A stretch of DNA of 64,000 bases. Source: a virus. Position numbers and translations under genes: made by a program. Numbering within the stretch: position 1 is the first letter of the stretch; every line of letters starts with the position of its first letter. Under the pieces are notes generated by a model, which searched no databases, was not told where the DNA came from, and saw only the letters and a list, made by a program, of their open reading frames with translations. Below are positions 33,467 through 46,327 of the stretch, in pieces. Location: the IMG/VR virus record IMGVR_UViG_3300019757_000164, positions 32,001 through 96,000 of that record. The stretch is one strand, 5' to 3'.

Positions 33467-34298
33467 AGAGTATTAACTCTCTTTTCTTCTATCTATATGT
33501 AGTTATGAATACTATGTGTGATGGTTATGTATAATGTGTGTTAGTAAATAAGCAAAAGAAAAGACTATCTAATGACAGTCTATAGTTTTGGTATATAATC
33601 ACCCAATAGATGATATAATGATTTGCATGAATCGGTTAATTCATTGTTGTAATAACATTCCCATTCATTAGTATCTTTATTGTATATGATCTTAAATGAG
33701 TCTGTATTGAATGATATATCTTTCTTATTGATTAGTTTACCATTGATAGTAATATAGTTATTCATGATTAAACCTCCTTAAATTCCATATTCAATATATC
33801 CAACCTTGTCATACCATCCATACTCATTGGATGCCATAATCGTGTGTTATTATTGAGTACCCACAAGTTGTTATCTATAATTCTATATGATTTTCCATCT
33901 TGTTCACATAAGTACGTTGTTTCCTTCTTAAGCTTTGTTATATTCATCTTCTCCTCCTTATATAATAGTATTGATTTATATTAATAGTATATCATATGTA
34001 GATTAGATTGCAATAGGTAATTGTAAAGTATAATAGTATACATTATAGTGTATTGTATAGTGGTATAATTGTATAGGTGTATGATTGTATACAAAAATAC
34101 AATATTGTCCATGTCCTGAAAGTTCTCCATGTTCTGTAGCGAGTAAATTTATGAAATAATAATTATTCTGTAATATCTATAAAATTGTAATCATTACAAA
34201 TAATAGCCAATAATAAGCAAATATGACCATATTTAAGCCAATAATCAGTAATAATCAGCATAAATCATCAGATCATCAATGTAGCTAAAATAAGAATA

Positions 34299-34379
34299 TA
34301 GTAATTCCAATGGTTAAAGGTCAATGTATGCATAATTATATATTATACACACAATGTACTGTAACACTGATTACTACTA
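34299..34379. repeat. isolated near-consensus palindromic site 18 (core 34325-34353, spacer TTATATA)
   Basis: TAGTAATTCCAA-N14-TGTATGCATAA-TTATATA-TTATACACACA-N14-TGATTACTACTA in an ~0.8-kb non-coding region. Confidence 0.9.
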
Positions 34380-34787
34380 GAATAGGTATAAGAAGAGTAT
34401 AAAGAAGTGAGTGTTTGCAATGGGTAGGGGGTCTTTTGAGATATTTGATACCTTTGTTTTTCAGAAATCTCCATGTGTTGGTACAATTCTCTCCATTAAA
34501 TGGATTGCACTTTACGACAGTGTGTTTTCGTAAAATAGTTAACTATATTGTATTTTCAACTGTTTAGTATTATACCGGGGGTTACTTTTAATATAAAACC
34601 ATATATTCATTATACATATAACCCCATTCTCGAATAAACCAAGTAAATATCAACGAATATCAGTTTTAAGCAGAGAAATATGAAGCGTATAACGCATATG
34701 CGGGTATAAATACACTTATCCATATTAAACTATACTTAGGCATAAAAAATCCCCAGAGTAAGCTTATTTACTACTCTGAGGTTAAAT

Positions 34788-36458
34788 TTAGTACTTATTT
34801 AATTTTTTATATAATCCTTTGTAATTATCCTTAAGATCTTCCGGAAATATGTATAATGTATCATAATGAGATAGGGTTTTGTAATCTTCCATCTTTTTAT
34901 CAGTTCTTTTAACATATTCTTTGACTCTTAAGCTTTTAATATTATTTTGATTATACATACCAAAGTATTCTATCAGTATAGGCTTGCCATCCGTAATAAC
35001 ATACCAATCAGGTTGGTGACCACATGATTTTATTCGAGTCCTATTATCACCATTATTGTATATTAGATTGCTTCCAAAATTATCTTTTAATATCTCATGG
35101 ACTGTCTGTTCTTCCATGCTGTCAAACTCATCTCTGCTCCACCATATATTAAAATCAGAGTGATCAAATATATTTGGGTAACATTCATCCACCCAATAAA
35201 ATAATTCATTTTTATAATAATTACTTAAAACAGTACTCATAGTATTGCTTATAAGCTTAATGTTTTTCTTGGTGAGATATAATGGCAATCTGTCAAATTT
35301 ACTGTAACTTAAATCTTTTTCTATTAAATATTTCAATGCCACAACTCTATTTTCTTTATTCTTCCAATAATTCACAGAGGATATATTAAACTTATACGCA
35401 GGATATTTAAATTTAGTTAACATCATAGCACTATATAAAGAATCAGACTGTAGTTTCTTATTTGACAATTTAGACTCCTTCAGTATCTCATAATAATCAA
35501 TATCATATACATCATTCTTATCAATTTTCATTTCATCTATATACAACCAGAACGCATCTCTAATCTCATCATCAGTCATATCTATAGAGCTAGCCCTAAC
35601 ACCATTATGCATCCACGGGGCTACTTTCAAATCATCACGTATAGACATTAGTATATCCTTGCCATTATTAAACATACTGTATGTAGTATTTTTAGGCATC
35701 ATATTATCTCTGAGGAATTTGGAAATGCCACTTACTGAATAATCATCAATCAAGCAGATTTTATGGCAATTGATCAAGTACTTTAGCTCATATTCTTTGT
35801 TTGCTAATTGTTTTATATATCTATATTTAACACTGAAGTCTACTAGATCCATTTTTAAATAATCCATATATGCATCTTCTCCAAACCATGTGGTTATCTT
35901 ATCACCTACAGGGTTGCAAGTTTTAAAGTGCTTATCTTGGCATTTTCTGCATATATTTCCTTTGTTGTAATAAAACTCCTTAGTGTTAGGATAATATTTT
36001 TTGCAATTAATACATAATTTGTACTCAAATTCAACATTTAAATTATCGATGCACTTTCTTTCAAATTCTGTGTAATTCTCTCTATTTACGTCATTAACAA
36101 TAATTTCCTTTTCAGATGTATGATTATTATATCCAACCATATCACACAACTTGTTATATTCTATCCTCTGTTCCTTATTTAATCTTCCAATCTTAACATT
36201 TGATAACCAAAGTTTAAACCCATCTATATTCAAGCAACTAGCTTGTTGTGGGTAATTCTGATCCGCGTAATACAATTCAATCTTCTTTAGATACTCGCCA
36301 TAACTCTTAGTTAACTTAGACCCAGTTAATTTAATTCTCCCCAATACCTTTTGATTGATATAGCTCATGGGATACCATTCAACATCCATATCGTCAGTAT
36401 AAACTGGTATCCTAATCCAATCTCCATTTTCTTTTGTTATTTCTTTGTACTCTTGCAT
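34788..36458 (-). CDS. zinc-finger protein with C-terminal PD-(D/E)xK-like nuclease domain
   Basis: CINC...CRKC; C-terminal DSMEE...PDWYV....ILIEYFG...K motif. Confidence 0.6.
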   Translation of the reverse strand: MQEYKEITKENGDWIRIPVYTDDMDVEWYPMSYINQKVLGRIKLTGSKLTKSYGEYLKKIELYYADQNYPQQASCLNIDGFKLWLSNVKIGRLNKEQRIEYNKLCDMVGYNNHTSEKEIIVNDVNRENYTEFERKCIDNLNVEFEYKLCINCKKYYPNTKEFYYNKGNICRKCQDKHFKTCNPVGDKITTWFGEDAYMDYLKMDLVDFSVKYRYIKQLANKEYELKYLINCHKICLIDDYSVSGISKFLRDNMMPKNTTYSMFNNGKDILMSIRDDLKVAPWMHNGVRASSIDMTDDEIRDAFWLYIDEMKIDKNDVYDIDYYEILKESKLSNKKLQSDSLYSAMMLTKFKYPAYKFNISSVNYWKNKENRVVALKYLIEKDLSYSKFDRLPLYLTKKNIKLISNTMSTVLSNYYKNELFYWVDECYPNIFDHSDFNIWWSRDEFDSMEEQTVHEILKDNFGSNLIYNNGDNRTRIKSCGHQPDWYVITDGKPILIEYFGMYNQNNIKSLRVKEYVKRTDKKMEDYKTLSHYDTLYIFPEDLKDNYKGLYKKLNKY

Positions 36459-37435
36459 AAATCTCCTTTCATAATTATATATAGCTCTCCTATCTATAGT
36501 ATACCACCGTTAAAAAGTAAAGTCAACACTTTATTTAAAGTTTTTTATTTCTATATTTTTAATAAATACACTTGCAAAGCCAAAACAATTATGTTATTAT
36601 TAAGTGAACAGCTTTAGAAAAGCTTGCAAATTAGATTAAGGAGGAATAAAATGTCAACAAAACTAAAGCAATTAAGAAAAGATGTAAGATATATACAGGG
36701 TAATTATGGAGAGATTTATGATTATTGTGGAGGATGGTGCAATAACGAAAGGTTTGATTGGCTGTTATTTAGAGATAATTCAGACAGTGCAGTAGAATAT
36801 CTATTAGAGTCATTGATAGATTTATACTTTACAAAAGGTTATGTTTCAAGCACCGGGTTTACAGTTTTGTTTAATGAAGGAGACAAGAAAGATAAAATAC
36901 TAATAAAAATAGCAGATAGATATGGATACGAGATATAATTAAGGAGGAAATAATGAATTACAAATTGTATATGAGGTATAGATTAGTAGATTTAAGCAAA
37001 GTTAGTGTAGCATCTATCGTAAGTATATTATTACACAATAAACACCAGATAGATCTATTTTATGAGATGCTTCCAACAAAAGAAGAGGCTATATGCTCAA
37101 TGATTAGAGAGTATGTTATATCGGATCGTGAGTCAATCAAGCTAATATCTGAATTCGAGTCAGATTTTAATATTAATAAAGGTGACACATACGATGGTAA
37201 AGAAATAAATGAGATAAAAGTAAATAAAGATGGTAAATCTGTAAATTTATATTGGGATTCGGGGCATACTGAAGTAATAAATCCAGATAGTGACGACATT
37301 GAACGAATCATTGATGAAGTTGAAAAGAATAGATATAAACCCAATTTTACTGTCGAAACACATAGACTTTTTAAAAAAGAAAAGAAATCATTGATTAAAA
37401 AGGTATTAGATAAAGTAAAGTAAAAGGAGGATTAA

Positions 37436-37936
37436 ATGAACTTAGAAGAAATTAAATTTAGAGCAAAGGTAAAATGGAATGGTAATCACAGATTTGCTGG
37501 AGATTGGATTTACGGGAACCTTATTAAGATCCCAGTATACAAAAAATATAATAGCCAAAGACTTGTTGGTGATATTTATAATCATAAAACAATCGTAGAC
37601 AAGTGGGTATGGGCTATTCAAGAGCATTGTCCAAATAATGGATTAAAGTATAGATATGAACCTATAGAGATTGATCCAGATACTATTGGTCAATTTACCG
37701 GAAGATATAGTGAAAAAGGAAAAGAAATATATCACGGTGATATTTTGGATGGAAGTACAGTTGGTATATTTGGTAAATCCAACGGTACTAGATATCAGGT
37801 AAAATACAACAGATCATGTTTTAAATTGGTTGCACATTATAGGAACGGAAATAAATCTAACATAAACGGAAGTGGAGATGTGTTTGATGTAATAAAGCCA
37901 ACTATTGTAGGAAATATATATGAAAAAGTAGACTAG
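37436..37936 (+). CDS. YopX family protein
   Basis: EIKFRAK...WIYGNL...IDPDTIGQFTG....GKEIYHGDIL...IVGNIYE. Confidence 0.88.
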   Translation: MNLEEIKFRAKVKWNGNHRFAGDWIYGNLIKIPVYKKYNSQRLVGDIYNHKTIVDKWVWAIQEHCPNNGLKYRYEPIEIDPDTIGQFTGRYSEKGKEIYHGDILDGSTVGIFGKSNGTRYQVKYNRSCFKLVAHYRNGNKSNINGSGDVFDVIKPTIVGNIYEKVD

Positions 37937-38589
37937 TTAATTCTAGTCTTTTTTCTTTGTAAATTTTCTAAAGTTAAAAAAACTGCCGTTAAGCAGTCTT
38001 AATATTAAATCATATTATTCTTAACATCTTTAATCAATCCATCAAATCTATCAATAGCATTTGTTTTCCCAACATTTAACTCGTTAATAGCTAATTCACA
38101 CTGTTTATTATATTTCTCAATACATTCTTCCATGTTGTCATAAATATTCACGCATCCGCCAGTTCTGTATCTGTAGCCAGTATTATCAAATGGTGCTATG
38201 ATCTTATTAGATACTTTGCCGGTTTTAGTAAATGGTCTAAAATGTGTTTCAGAATAATATACCGTTTTGTTTTTAGGTAATTCTGAATTATCTACCACCA
38301 TCACCTTAGTTGGCTTTACGTGCCTAATTGGTTTGTTATTGATATCTATGAATCTATAATCGCAAATATACACCACCTGTCCTGCTTTCAATAAATTGTT
38401 TGCTAATTCCATATCAATTCCTCCTTATACATCCTCAACTTCAACATCTATCATATGTTGTAATTCATCAACTAATTCATACAGCCCTTTTATGTGTTCG
38501 TACACTTGTAGAGTAGTTTCTGGATTAATATTATCTATTAGTTCTACTATCTTATTTTTAATTGCATATTTTAAAAGCATATTTCCTCC

Positions 38590-39219
38590 TTATTTAATCC
38601 CATATTTAATCTTATCCTCTTCTAAGAATCCAGTATCTTTAATTGTCATAGCTGAAACCATCATAGCACTATCTATCAATCCTAATTCCCACTCCAGACT
38701 CACTCTAGATCTTTGCTTTAGTTTAATCTCATCATAATTACTCAAATAGAACTCAATTGCAGTATCTCCAAATTTAACTCCCATAGCTTCCCAATCGCAT
38801 ATCATCTGTTTAATATACTTAACTGGCATCTCAAGATTTCTTTCACTCCAATAGTTCCAGTGGTGTTTATTATTATCTTTGTGATGTTGCCAAGCTCTAT
38901 CAAAATTTTCTCTTAGGCGATTATGTTCTTCTTTGATAAAATCAAAACCACCATTTAAACCCAATGCTTCTACTAGATGTTTATACCTAGATCCAGATAG
39001 TTCAACTATTTCAGAATCTGTTTTGTTTTTTATTTTAACTCCAAACGGAGAATTAAACCATTCAGCATACGTCTTGAATTCTTTTGGGTTAAACTTGCTC
39101 AAGTCATGCATAAGTGCGTGCAAATACATTTTTTTATGCCAACAAACCTTAAATACATTCTTCTTGTGCTCCAATACATACTTTAAATATTCTTTATAAT
39201 AATTCATATCTTTTTCCAA
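38590..39219 (-). CDS. DUF5662-like HD-type phage protein
   Basis: HDLSKF...AWQHHKDNNKHHWNYW...QMICDW; paralogue-like to 5798..6484. Confidence 0.75.
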   Translation of the reverse strand: MEKDMNYYKEYLKYVLEHKKNVFKVCWHKKMYLHALMHDLSKFNPKEFKTYAEWFNSPFGVKIKNKTDSEIVELSGSRYKHLVEALGLNGGFDFIKEEHNRLRENFDRAWQHHKDNNKHHWNYWSERNLEMPVKYIKQMICDWEAMGVKFGDTAIEFYLSNYDEIKLKQRSRVSLEWELGLIDSAMMVSAMTIKDTGFLEEDKIKYGIK

Positions 39220-42200
39220 ATTATTCGTCCTCCTTAAAAATTAATATCTCATATTAGGTTCATCAGTTTAATCTAACTTAACACTATTCTTATCAAATCT
39301 AGTTATTTCTTGATTGTAGCACTTGTATGTACATCCGACAATAGCACCGTATTGATCATTATTAAGTTTATCATATTCCACTACAACCTCATCGTAATAC
39401 TTATCAAGAAACCCTTCAATAGTCGAGTCTTGGACATTTGATTTAATTTCGTTTACTAAAACTTTCATATTTCCTCCTTAATTTTAAATACTCTGTTTTT
39501 AACCCACTCTAACTCAACACTACTAAGTCTTAATTCACCTAGATTAATAAATGCTTCGTGTGATATGTCTACGCAATCATCTAAACTCATCTTAGTCAAA
39601 TGAGATACTTTTAATAATTCAACAGCATCATCTACTATTTTTATAAGTGACTGTGTTCTTCCTTTAAAATATTCCTCATATTCTTCTTGTGTACAATTAG
39701 ACCTATTTAAGTCTATTTCATCATACCATTCTCCAATTTCTACTTCCTGAGTATTAAATAATTTATAAAATACCCAATCTTTAGAGTCTAACAAATTCTC
39801 TAGTTCTTGATACGGATTATCACTTTCATGACTATAATAATATATCGTTGCTCTAGCTAATTTCATATTTTCCCTCCTCTTCTTGTCTACATTAACCTTT
39901 CACTTTATTATACAAGTTTATCTAATCAAAGTCAACACTTTTTATAAACTTTTTTATTTTTATTTTTTATACTTTATGCTTGCATATACTAATTAATTAT
40001 GTTATTATTAAGTATATAGGATAGCTTTAGAAAGGCTTGCAGAGTATAAAGGAGGTAATATGAGATTAAAAGTTTACGAGATTAAGAAAGAATATCAATT
40101 AGAATCAGAAAAAGTTAAAGAGTGGTTTGTAGCTCAAACTAAATATCAAGATAATTGGTGGAACACAAAATTGGTAGTTGCAAATTCAAAAGATGATGCA
40201 CTGTCAATCTACAAAGAAAGATATAAAATTTCATCAATTGGTGAATTATTTAGTGATGGATATTATTTTAGAGAAGTATACTCAAGAAAGAAAGCATATG
40301 TCATAGATGTTGATTTAAAAGTAAAAGAAGTTAATTATTCTATTGATGTACTCAAAGAGAGATTGCAAGCTGATGACTTTATGAAGTATTTTATAGCAAG
40401 AAATATTGAGTATACAGAGTTATTTGGAAAATAAGGAGGTATAAATGCAAAAAATGGAAATAATAAAATCATTGGTAGAAGATGACTTTTATAAACAAAT
40501 AAAAACTATTGTAGAGAATGAGAAAAAAGATATAATATCAATTTCTCATTGTATATCGATTTTTAATAATATCGGTGTGACATATTACAATGCGATTATA
40601 ATTTATAAGGAGATATAAATGAAGAGAGTAGTGGTAACTAAGTTTTTTAATAGTTTCAGAGATACAATTGGATTAACAGGCGTGATAACCATAGTAGATG
40701 AAAAGGAATTGATTAAGCTTGACACTTATCCAAACAGTGGTTATTTTCGGATAAGCCCAGACTGCTATGAAATAATAGAGATTAAGGATGCAATATGAAT
40801 AGAGAAATAGACTATGCAAATATATGTAAGTATGATAAAAAATATTATTCACATGGAATAAAATTAGAATCACCCTGTAGAATTGATATTATGTCTGAGG
40901 AAAGCATGACGAATTTTAAGTTTTGGACTGGTAGCATAGATAAAATATTTGATATATCAATAGAAGAACCACTCCCAACCGCTAAAAATCGTGGAGTGAT
41001 GTATGTAGTATTTTTAGATAAACACAAATTAAAAGATAGTGAAAATACTCAATGGATACAAATTTAACTGGTTAACGCCAGTTTTTTTATTGCAACAATT
41101 ACATTTTCTATAACATTACAAATGTTAAGGCAAATCTAAAGTATCAGGCTATATTAAACGAACCATTAAAGCGGGTACTTATAAATTTATGGTACTAATC
41201 TATAATGTGCATATTTTACACATATTAATATGCAGTTAAATAAAAAAGAGTGAAATTAATCACTCATTACTCTACATATTCAACTTTGACTTCCATACAT
41301 TCTCCACTTCCATCCAAGAAATTAACCCACAATTCTTCAAATTGACCTTTATATACTCTATCCATGTTGCACTCATAGTTTCTAATCAAGTATTTCTTTA
41401 ATTCTTCAACGGTATCAAATGTCTTGCTATCAACAATTAAGTCCTCATTCCACCCATTATCATCAACAATTGATAGTCTGAAGCCCGGAGATTTAAATCC
41501 GCATAGGTCATATAGCATTTTACAATTTTGATCATCTAAATTATTCATCAATAATTCTTTGATGCATTTTATATTGTCACTGTTTCTTTCGCCAAATTTT
41601 ATCAAATCATCTTTGTCATAGTCATTTAATTGTTCAAGCAATTCTGTAATCAAATCAAACATTCTATTTTTTAGTAAGAAAATAATAGTCTGCTCTGAAG
41701 TATAGTCGCTGTACAATTTAATAAACCCTTTTTCATACGCTTCTCTATAGTATTTCGTCTTGTACTCATCAACTTTATAGGTAGAACTAGATTCATACCC
41801 TTTATCTTTTGAGTGTTGAATTATATCACAAAATACAGGTCTGTCATCAATGTAGTTTTCTATAACGTATTCCATGAATTCATTTCTCATGGCAACATAA
41901 TTCTCATTCCCATAGCATAAGTCTAAGAATTTGTTTAGAATATAGTCTTTTACTATTCGATCTTTTTTGAGTGATTTCATTAAAGATTCTTCATTGTAAA
42001 ATATCTGATCAACATTAAAAGAGTATAGTTCATATTTATCTCTTCCGTAATTTTGCCAAGCTTTGTGCATACATACGGGATCGATTTTTAATACATACTC
42101 ATAATCAAAATCAATCTTGCCTTTTCTTGTGAAATCACTTACAGTCTCTTTGCTGGCATATAGATTAACCTCATCTCCACTATTAAGTTTCTGATGTAAA

Positions 42201-42826
42201 TTATTTGCAGTTTCTATATATTCCTTGTACTGCTTTCTACTTTTTACCGATTCTTTGTCTTTTTTACCTTTAATCTCATCTAACCCGTCTTGATTTCTCT
42301 TTCCATTTCCAACAGTCAGATATAAAAATTTCTTTGGTATATCCTTGTCTAATCTTGGTTTAATATTCATTTCTCCTCCTTATTATCTAGTTAACTTCCA
42401 TTTATTTTAGTATAACATAGTATAAATAACATTGCAATAGTTTTGTGTAGCTATTTTAAAAAAACTCCAATTAAGGAGTTAAATAATTATTCCGCTATCT
42501 TTGATATGCATATTGATTTTCTCTTCTCTTAAGTACATCCTATATTCTTTTCTGAATTCATTAACAATTACGTGTATGCTGGAATGATCTGAAAAACTAT
42601 TTTTTGCTTCGTATATCATCAACCTTTGGGATTCAGAAATTGCATATAGTCTAGGTCTAATTCTAGTCACTTCTCCGAACATTCCGTATCCATCCTCTTT
42701 AAATAATTCAAGATAGTAAGTATTCTCATCAATTTTTACCGTAATGCATATATTTTTAAATTTTTCATTCTCTTTTATTTTGTTTTTTCTTATTATTTCT
42801 TTTATTTTGTTAAACATAAATCCTCC

Positions 42827-43144
42827 TTAAATATAATACACCATTAATATAGTTACTAGATGTAATATCTGATCTAAATATAAATCTCTAGTCAGTGCAT
42901 ATGTTTTATCTTCTATTTGGCATTTCATTTTATCAATAATCATGTGTGTGATTACCAGATATAACACGGCAATAATACCTAATTCAATACCTATCACATA
43001 GAATCCAATAGCCACAGCCAATGTCCATAATGCAGAATGAACGAATAGTATAAATGAATTACCGCCTTTATTCGTAGCCAAGAAATCATTTTGTAGCACA
43101 TAGTCTCCCACTAGATGACTAGCAATTAATATTAAAATATCCAC
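42827..43144 (-). CDS. DUF3307-like membrane protein
   Basis: SHLVGDYVLQ...H...THMIID...DQILH motif with hydrophobic helices. Confidence 0.75.
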   Translation of the reverse strand: MDILILIASHLVGDYVLQNDFLATNKGGNSFILFVHSALWTLAVAIGFYVIGIELGIIAVLYLVITHMIIDKMKCQIEDKTYALTRDLYLDQILHLVTILMVYYI

Positions 43145-43340
43145 AGTGCCTCCTTAAATAATTTCACTTTTATATCCGAGCTGATTTAACAATTCAAATA
43201 TAAATTCTTTGCCACTATGTTCAAAATTGAACTTTCTTTCATAATCTTTAATATCATTTACCCATATTTCATCATCTTCTATACAAATATTGAATCTATT
43301 TGACCACTTTTTAACTTGTCTTAACCATTTAACTTCATCT

Positions 43341-43625
43341 TTAGTCATCATTTTCCTCCTTATTTAATTTAGCAATTTCTTTGCTAATATCTCTTACCGA
43401 TTTGGTTGTACTTTCTAATCCAATTAATGCACTGTTTATAATATCTCCTGTTTTTGATAACGCTCTAGCATCAGGAATGTCTCCAAGTCTTGCAGTAGCA
43501 ATTTTTACATTCATTATTATTAATTCTAATCTTTTTAATTCTTCAAAAGCTTTGGTAGATCCGTCGAATAATTGTTTTGTTAATTCATCAATTCTATTGT
43601 TCAATATTTTCCTCCTGTTCTTCAA
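43341..43625 (-). CDS. small coiled-coil protein resembling the methyl-accepting chemotaxis signalling hairpin
   Basis: LELIIMNVKIATARLGD resembles TNLLALNAAIEAARAGE. Confidence 0.45.
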   Translation of the reverse strand: MKNRRKILNNRIDELTKQLFDGSTKAFEELKRLELIIMNVKIATARLGDIPDARALSKTGDIINSALIGLESTTKSVRDISKEIAKLNKEENDD

Positions 43626-46327
43626 TCCATTCAGCTACCGAATTCATTATAGTTTGTTTTGTATATCCTTGACTTATTAGCGAATTAATTAAAAACTCAA
43701 TCTGACAATTCACTGAATTAAAAGTACAAATACAATCTTTTTCCATTTTGTGTCTTTCTGGAACACCTTCGCAATCAGTTGTAAATACTTCGTAAGATAA
43801 ATTAATGATATTTGGCTCATATTTACTATTCATGATTGACTCTATATCTACTATTTAGTGTATCAGTTTCATAATCATGATCTGATTTTACTTGTTTCAT
43901 TCTTCTTTTTAAATTTTTATATAATTTATTATATTCCTTGATAATGGATATCACTTCCAATTCAACACTTTTTGGCTTAGAGTGAATGAATTGCCACTCA
44001 TTAAATGATGTATCACACTCAAATACTAAAATTTCATCAATAAAAATATTAATCTCAGAATCGTCTATTTCTACACTTATACCATATTTTAAGTTTGAAT
44101 CATATAAATTACTATATAATTTCTTGTAACTATTGAATTTATCGTTTTCCATAGTGTAACTTGTTTGTATTTTATCTAGTAATACGCCTATTTTACAAGT
44201 ATTCCTACACATTTTTAAAATTCTGCAATAATCATACCATTTAACCATGTTTACTCCTTTCTTTATACTTATCTGACTTCATAAACTCCTCTACTTCTTG
44301 GAAATATTTGTAATTTTCACTATCTAGATTATTTTTAACCCATACTTTCTTTAATTTTATTATGTGATCTTGTATATTGTCATCAAAATAGCCTTGTAAA
44401 TTAATATACTTGTCACATTTAATACAACTATCTCTCCAATCTTCTATAGAATAGCTATTTTGTTCATGTAATACAATTTCGTCATCATGATTTCTTAATG
44501 AACAGTTGTCATGTTGGCAATGAAAGCATGATATATTTAGACAACGCTGTCTTTTTCTTGCCATATTAACAACCCCATTCCATTCCATAGCCACAAATTC
44601 TATTGAAATCGTCATGTTTACTATTCTTATCTCGATATCTTTCTGATATAATTGATAAGAAATTATTGTATGTATACTTTTTACCATATTCATCAATAAT
44701 AATATAAACATCATTATTTGTAACATTATATAAACTGATGAAATCATCAATATATTCATTGGCAAATAACACAGGCTTCCAACCACTCCTCATTTCTGCC
44801 ATAAGATATGAATAATCACATTTTAAGTTGTCGGTCAAGAACTGCATTAATTCGTCAATATATTCCTTTTTAAAAGATAATTCAGTCAATAAGCAATGTA
44901 CTCTTGATAATTCTACGTTCATTTTTTCAAAATCTTCCTTTTTATAAATATAATAACTCGTCATTTAAATCTCCTTTCGATAAGTTTCGTCCTATACCTA
45001 TATAATACTATAATAGAAAGCACTTGTCAACATTAAAATCTATATTTTTTAATTATTTTTCCTTGACATTGGTGTTTTATGGTGTTACAATTATATTAAG
45101 TTTGGAAACACAAAAATAAAATATGAAAAAAGTTAAATATTTCACAAATAATGCTTGTAATGAGTTATCTAGTGTGGTATACTAAAGTTAGAAGAATACG
45201 AGAGGAGGAAATATGGACAGAAATCGAATTAGAGGGATTGTGAGACATCAAGAAAGAACTTATATTCCGGAAGAATATAGACTACTATATAATAAAGGTA
45301 GCATTAAGAAAATGTTCGAAGGAAGAAGTGATAGAGATAAATATGTTTTTATACAGATGTTGGAATCATTGGATGATATTGACAAGAAAATGATTACTTT
45401 AGGAGAATTGCAAGAGTTAGCTGAAGAATATATGGCTGATGAAATGGTAAGTTTGATTGAAAAGTTAAGTAAACATAAACGAGAATATGAATAGGAGGGA
45501 ATATGAAGAAATATGTCGGACAATACAGAGTAGACATAGAGAGAGATATTATTACAGGAGATCACTTAATTAATGGTCAAACATTTTTAAGAGTACCAAA
45601 AGCTATGAAGGAAAATGGCGGAAAGATATATAGATATAATGAAAATATATTGGTAGCATACGTACCAAATAAGACAACTGGCGCAAGATTGTATGCAAAG
45701 TCAATTGAAAAAGTGCACTTATATAAAATAGTAGAATATGATGACGGTATGGATTTATATTTTAAAGAAGAGTACATACGTGAGATGGCTAAAATTATGA
45801 TGGTTTCAACCAATGGATCAAACATTCCTCCGGAGAGTATAAAGAATCATCCTAGAAGAAAAGAGATTAGAGAGCAAAGAAAAGCTAATATGAGTGAAGA
45901 ACAGTTGGAGATTATGAGGAATCGTGGGTTAAGGTTGTTCCAGAATATTTCAAACTCTAGTGAAAATAGCTCTGTGTAAGCTAGAATAAAAGATAATGTA
46001 AATTTGGTATTATCATACCTATAAGACGTAAATACGAATGTAGTAGACAGTAAAGGAGAATAAATAGATGGGCGATAAAAGAAATATGACTAAATGGACA
46101 AGAACACCGAATGAGGAAGAATGGACGGGATACAAAAGCAGAGTGATTATTTGTCCTAAATGTGGAAGGATTCCAGAAAGTAGAGGCGGAAAATGCTTGA
46201 ATTGCGGAAGTAAAGTAGAGGAGTAGGGATGAGTGAGAGAGGGATGTATCACAAAGACTATATACATTTACCAGAAGAAGAGAAGCAATCTAAAATGGAA
46301 CATTTTCGAGATTAGGAGGTAGATAAT

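Noticed and set aside
2230-34379. Repeats interpreted as a CRISPR array
   Set aside because: Copies are hundreds to thousands of bases apart with whole genes between them, are degenerate, and no cas genes are present
41195-41240. TGCATATT...AATATGCA palindrome as another copy of the site
   Set aside because: Arm spacing does not fit 11-7-11 and no outer boxes lie at 14 nt
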